Positions 63,164-64,000 of a stretch of 64,000 bases of DNA are shown here, piece after piece. Position numbers and translations under genes: made by a program. How positions within the stretch are numbered: position 1 is the first letter of the stretch; the number at the start of each line of letters is the position of its first letter. The stretch is from sequence record NC_106721.1; one strand, written 5' to 3'. Below the pieces are notes generated by a model. The model did not search any database. It was given only the letters and a program-made list of their open reading frames with translations, and had not been told where the DNA came from. Origin of the DNA: Escherichia phage EC148.

Positions 63164-63318
63164 TGGAATGGGTAATTATTGGCATATTCGTCTTATTGAT
63201 ACTTCTCTTTGTAGGCTTACGTGTAATAGATACCTCTGTAACCCAAACAGAAATTAAATTAATGCAGTTGAGTAATAGATTATCTAGAATTGAAACTTTA
63301 TTAGAGGAGCGTAAATAA
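63163..63318 (+). CDS. small membrane protein (51 aa), MEWVII family
   Basis: ATG at 63163 overlaps the upstream stop; N-terminal TM helix and C-terminal SRIETLLEERK. Confidence 0.45.
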   Translation: MEWVIIGIFVLLILLFVGLRVIDTSVTQTEIKLMQLSNRLSRIETLLEERK

Positions 63319-63425
63319 TGGAATGGGTAATTATTGCACTACTGGGGATTGTGATTATTGGGCAATGTATTTTAGATAATCATTTAGCTAGAATTGAAAC
63401 CTTACTATCGGAGAAACGTAAATGA
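63318..63425 (+). CDS. small membrane protein (35 aa), MEWVII family
   Basis: Found by hand; MEWVIIALLGIVIIG...ARIETLLSEKRK; paralog of the previous gene; TAATG overlap. Confidence 0.4.
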   Translation: MEWVIIALLGIVIIGQCILDNHLARIETLLSEKRK

Positions 63426-63616
63426 TGGAAGTGGGAATTACACTAATAGTAATATTAGTCTGGGTAATCCTCATTGTCTCTCGTATCGTGTATCTCCGCC
63501 TAAAAACTCTAGAAGCTCAGGTGAAACAACAACAAGTTATTCTAGAAAAGTTAGTACTACTGCAACGTTGTGATAGCACCCGTATTCTGCAAATTGAGAG
63601 GGAATTAGATGTTTAG
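63422..63616 (+). CDS. small membrane protein (64 aa)
   Basis: ORF track; N-terminal TM helix then predicted coiled coil; ATGA overlap. Confidence 0.45.
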   Translation: MMEVGITLIVILVWVILIVSRIVYLRLKTLEAQVKQQQVILEKLVLLQRCDSTRILQIERELDV

Positions 63617-63854
63617 TATTGTAATTGCTTTTATTATCGGGATACTTGCGGGAGTTTTCGGGACAACTGCGGCAATCAACAAGCATCGTAAATATATTGC
63701 GGAAGTATCGCGGGAGATTGCGGAAAGGGAGCGGAAGTTTGACGAGAAACGTGCGGAGTTTGAGCGGGAGTGGTCGGACGGATCTCGGGCGTCGCGGAAG
63801 AGATTCCGTGAGTTCAGACCAGAACACAGGTTTGATGACCATTCTATGCGCTAA
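63609..63854 (+). CDS. small membrane protein (81 aa) with charged GC-rich C-terminal half
   Basis: ORF track; N-terminal TM helix; C-terminal Arg/Glu-rich region encoded by unusually GC-rich DNA. Confidence 0.45.
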   Translation: MFSIVIAFIIGILAGVFGTTAAINKHRKYIAEVSREIAERERKFDEKRAEFEREWSDGSRASRKRFREFRPEHRFDDHSMR

Positions 63855-63967
63855 TTTGACTTTTGCCAAATTTCATAAGATTACACATGGAGGTGTGTCC
63901 AGTGGGTCGGGGGAGAATACTTAGTCTGCTAACCGCCACCCCCCGTTACTATTATCATGGTAATTGT

Positions 63968-64000
63968 TTCACCCTGCAACCATTTTAATTGCAGGGTGAA
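63968..64000. other. 12-bp perfect inverted repeat (hairpin) at the window edge
   Basis: TTCACCCTGCAA (63968-63979), 9-nt loop, TTGCAGGGTGAA (63989-64000). Confidence 0.7.

Overview
This window reads as a contiguous piece of a T5-like virulent siphophage genome (Demerecviridae type) with an enterobacterial host; the family assignment rests on gene order, protein sizes and a near-copy of the T5 PN25 promoter as I recall them, since no database search was possible. Layout: (i) 1-9652, minus strand: early nucleotide-metabolism operon (DEDD exonuclease, NADAR/YbiA-like protein, RNase H, thymidylate synthase, DHFR, NrdB, NrdA, PhoH) with small unknowns. (ii) 9996-37021, plus strand: NrdD, an accessory cluster (Sir2-like protein, HAD-like phosphatase, tandem paralogs), a ~570-nt untranslated region, then the replication module (D2-like NTPase, split NAD-dependent ligase, DnaB-like helicase, primase, family-A DNA polymerase, D10-like helicase, SbcCD-like nuclease, flap endonuclease, dUTPase). 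(iii) 37078-62504, minus strand: late structural and packaging module (L-shaped tail fibre, baseplate, tape measure, tail tube, capsid, protease, portal, HNH, terminase, receptor-binding protein). (iv) 62590-63854, plus strand: Llp-like lipoprotein followed by five overlapping small membrane-protein genes. At least 18 sigma70-type promoters and about 14 intrinsic terminators are readable; no rRNA, tRNA, CRISPR array, integrase or transposase was found. No single element is certain to be an undescribed system. The strongest candidates are the Sir2-like/HAD/paralog cluster, the NADAR protein, the long structured leader before the D2-like gene, the small membrane-protein array beside llp, and a terminator-coupled motif repeated before late genes.
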